Shown here: piece after piece, positions 51,001 through 54,000 of the stretch
Position numbering within the stretch: the first letter of the stretch is position 1
How the letters are laid out: every line of letters starts with the position of its first letter
NCBI GenBank assembly: GCA_026387175.1
Contig: JAPLME010000010.1
Span: 62,096 to 126,095 of the forward strand
Length of the DNA: 64,000 nucleotides
Source of the DNA: Candidatus Omnitrophota bacterium
Lineage (GTDB): Bacteria; Omnitrophota; Gorgyraeia; 2-01-FULL-45-10
Reading direction: 5' to 3'
Notes under the pieces: generated by a model
Seen by the model: the letters and a program-made list of their open reading frames with translations, nothing else
Databases searched by the model: none
Told to the model about the DNA's origin: nothing
Made by a program: the position numbers and the translations under genes

Positions 51001-54000
51001 GGTCTTTCGGCAATCAAGCTCTTCGTTAGCAATTCCATTACCGATGAGGAGATGAAGGTGCTTACGCAGATGGCCGAGAACCTTGAGGCGCGTAACCCCG
51101 GAATCATTGCTCAGGTCTCGATGATCGACCTCTACAATATGATGAAGTCGAACGGCACGGTCGAGTCTCTCGAGAAGTCTAAGGCGAAAGCTCCTGTGAT
51201 ACCGGAGCTTAATGCGCGTAAGTACGTAACAGTTATGCTTCCGAAGCTTGGATCGAAGACGTTCGCCATGAGCCTGGAAAGCGCCTATAACCTTATTACA
51301 GGTAAGAGTGTCGCGGGCATGGGCGTCACCGCGGTGATCAGTGTTGCAGTCGCAGGACTAGCGATCGGTGGAATAGTGATGCCCGCGATCATCATTATGA
51401 GCCTCAAAACTATTATTACCGCGGCGGCCGAAGCGGCTAATTACCATTATAGCCTAAAAGTTGCCGAGGGCGGCGCGATTATGATGAAGACCGCCGGCAT
51501 ATTCATCCGGGAAGTAATGCAAGGCGCTATATCAACGTCACTTTACGTATTGATGCTCGGATCAGGTTTCAACTCGCTCGGCGGCTTGGTGTTCGGTGGA
51601 TACAGCCTGGTGAGCGCGGCTCTCTCGTCCGTGAAACAGTCGCTCGGCGAACTTACTTCTTCGCCTATCATCAATGCGATCCTCAATACACTCTTTGTGA
51701 AAGAGCCGGTGGCAAAGACTGCAGTGACATCGAAGGCACAAAAAGCGTCGAATATTGTGCGTGACCTAAAGAAGGCAGATAAGCTTGATTGGAAGAATAT
51801 TATGGACAAGGCGGGCGTTGATAATGAACTTTTACTTCAGATAGTTATCCTTCTGGCGCCAGCGGCGGTTGCCAGGGATGTCGAACGCATGGCAGCTGTT
51901 GACAGTATTCTTCCGAACGCGGTAGACCAGGCACAGGATGTGAGGAATGGCATAAGCGTTTCCGCAGTACTTGCGTCGCTCGCAGCCTATGCTTCAGACC
52001 GAGATGCGGCAGCATCCCTTATCGTCCCATCCATCCTTAAAGGCATAAAATCGGTGAACGCCACGAGCATTCAGCAAGTTGCCGATACCTTAGTAATCGA
52101 CTTCGGTATTGATAAGGCTCAAGCAAAACTTATCGCATACCGGTCCCTCAATTCGAACTACAGTGAATCCGATATTTACAAAATTGAAAATGCCTGGAAA
52201 GGGAAATTTAAGTTCTACGCAGAGAAGACCGGTATACCCGAAGATGTATTCGCAAAGGCCTTTGGTACCGGTGATATGTCGATCGAGAAGATTGAAGCGT
52301 TTATCAGTATTCAGGGCTCTCTCTCCGGGGTTGCTCCGGAAAATATGGGCTTAAGCCGCTTTATGCAGCTTGCCGAAAGTAACGGTATACGAGGTCCTCC
52401 TGAGTTGATAAAACTTGCGATATTCCTTGGTATCCAGCTTCCATTAGAAGTAAAATCCGCAGTAGAGACGGGCAAGATGCTTTCCGCTGATGCCAGAAAT
52501 CTCACGCCGGTGCAAAACGCTATTAGTGCATTAAAACTGAAAGAGAAGTTCGCCGCCATAGAATCTCTGAAAAAGGCGTTCGATGAAGTTGATAAAGGCT
52601 GCGAAACGACGCTTGCCGAAAAGATCTCATTTAATAAAGCGATGGAGATTGCGTTATCGGATGATCCTGCCGCGGCATTTCGTAAGTACATATCTGACAA
52701 AACAGACGGTAACATTAATGATCTTATTAACGCGAGCCTCGCTATGGTCAGTCGAGGCGATATCACTGATCAGAATATAGGGCCGCTCGTTGATCTTGCC
52801 GCAGGTATGCAGGTAGCGGGCCCCATGTCCGCAGACCTTGTCAAAAAGCTTAATATGAATAAATTGGAACGGGATATAAATACCATAGCGTTCCTTGCAG
52901 ATCCTTTTAGGAAAGATATTCCGGTGTCGGCCTTCTCCTTGAGCGGGTATTTGGCCATTGTTTGTTACAACGATGCTAATAGGTGGCTGGATATGGCTAA
53001 AGATCTGTCGAGTCCAATCTTACCTGAAGATAGGAAAGCTTACGCCAAAGAGGCTCTGGTGACATTTGAAATTGCCAGGATAGTTTACGAAAAGCCTGCT
53101 CTTGGGCAGATAACCGAATCAGAAAAACAGATTCAAGATCTTGAGAAGATGGGCCAGAATAATCCCGAATACATCGAACACATAAAGAGCGCAATCGCGC
53201 GTTTACGCGATAGGATCAAGGAGCGCCGGACAGAGGCCGACTCTGGTGTTGAGTTTATATTGTCGCCCACGTTACAAGCGCGCTTGGTGGCTGATCAGCC
53301 GGCGCTGACGGATAGCATTGCAAAAGTGTTTCAAGCTAGGGATGGCAGGCTGTATATAGCCGACTTAGCCAGCATTGCCTTAGAAAGCGTTATTCCCGGA
53401 GCGATGGTAACTCCCGTTGTGATAAAAGGGTTATCAGAGGAGAAGCGGAAAGAATTTGAAAAAGCGTTTGTTGACGCAAGTTTAATATGGAATCCCGAAG
53501 TGGATACGGCGCAGCTTACCATCCGCAGAGATAATTATCTGGCGGCGCTCGAATGGGTTGATATTGCAAAGGATTATGCTAAAGAGAAAGACTTTAGCTC
53601 GGCGCTTGGTGCCCTGAACGAAGGGATCTTGCAGAGTCGCTCCGATGTGCTCGGGAATGACAGCGTAAGCGGCTTAACGAAAGAATGGACGATGCAGTCC
53701 TTGTTACAAGATAAAGAAAAGCGAATAGCGAGCGCTAAGGTATTGAGCGATATGGCCACAGAATTTGCGGGCATTGGCGATTACATCATGGCCGTAGAGG
53801 CGCTTGAACAGGCGGCGGCATTGGATGCCAGGATAGTCGCTAACGCTGATTGGCAGAAGATGGCCAAGGAACAGGATGCGAATAACTGGATAGCTATTGC
53901 TATTGAATATGCCTCTAGTGGCAAAGATAAGTATGCCAGGGCGGCCCTGAAAGAGGCGAAAGATATACTCGGAAGCCGTGCGGCTGAGGTTATTGTCGCG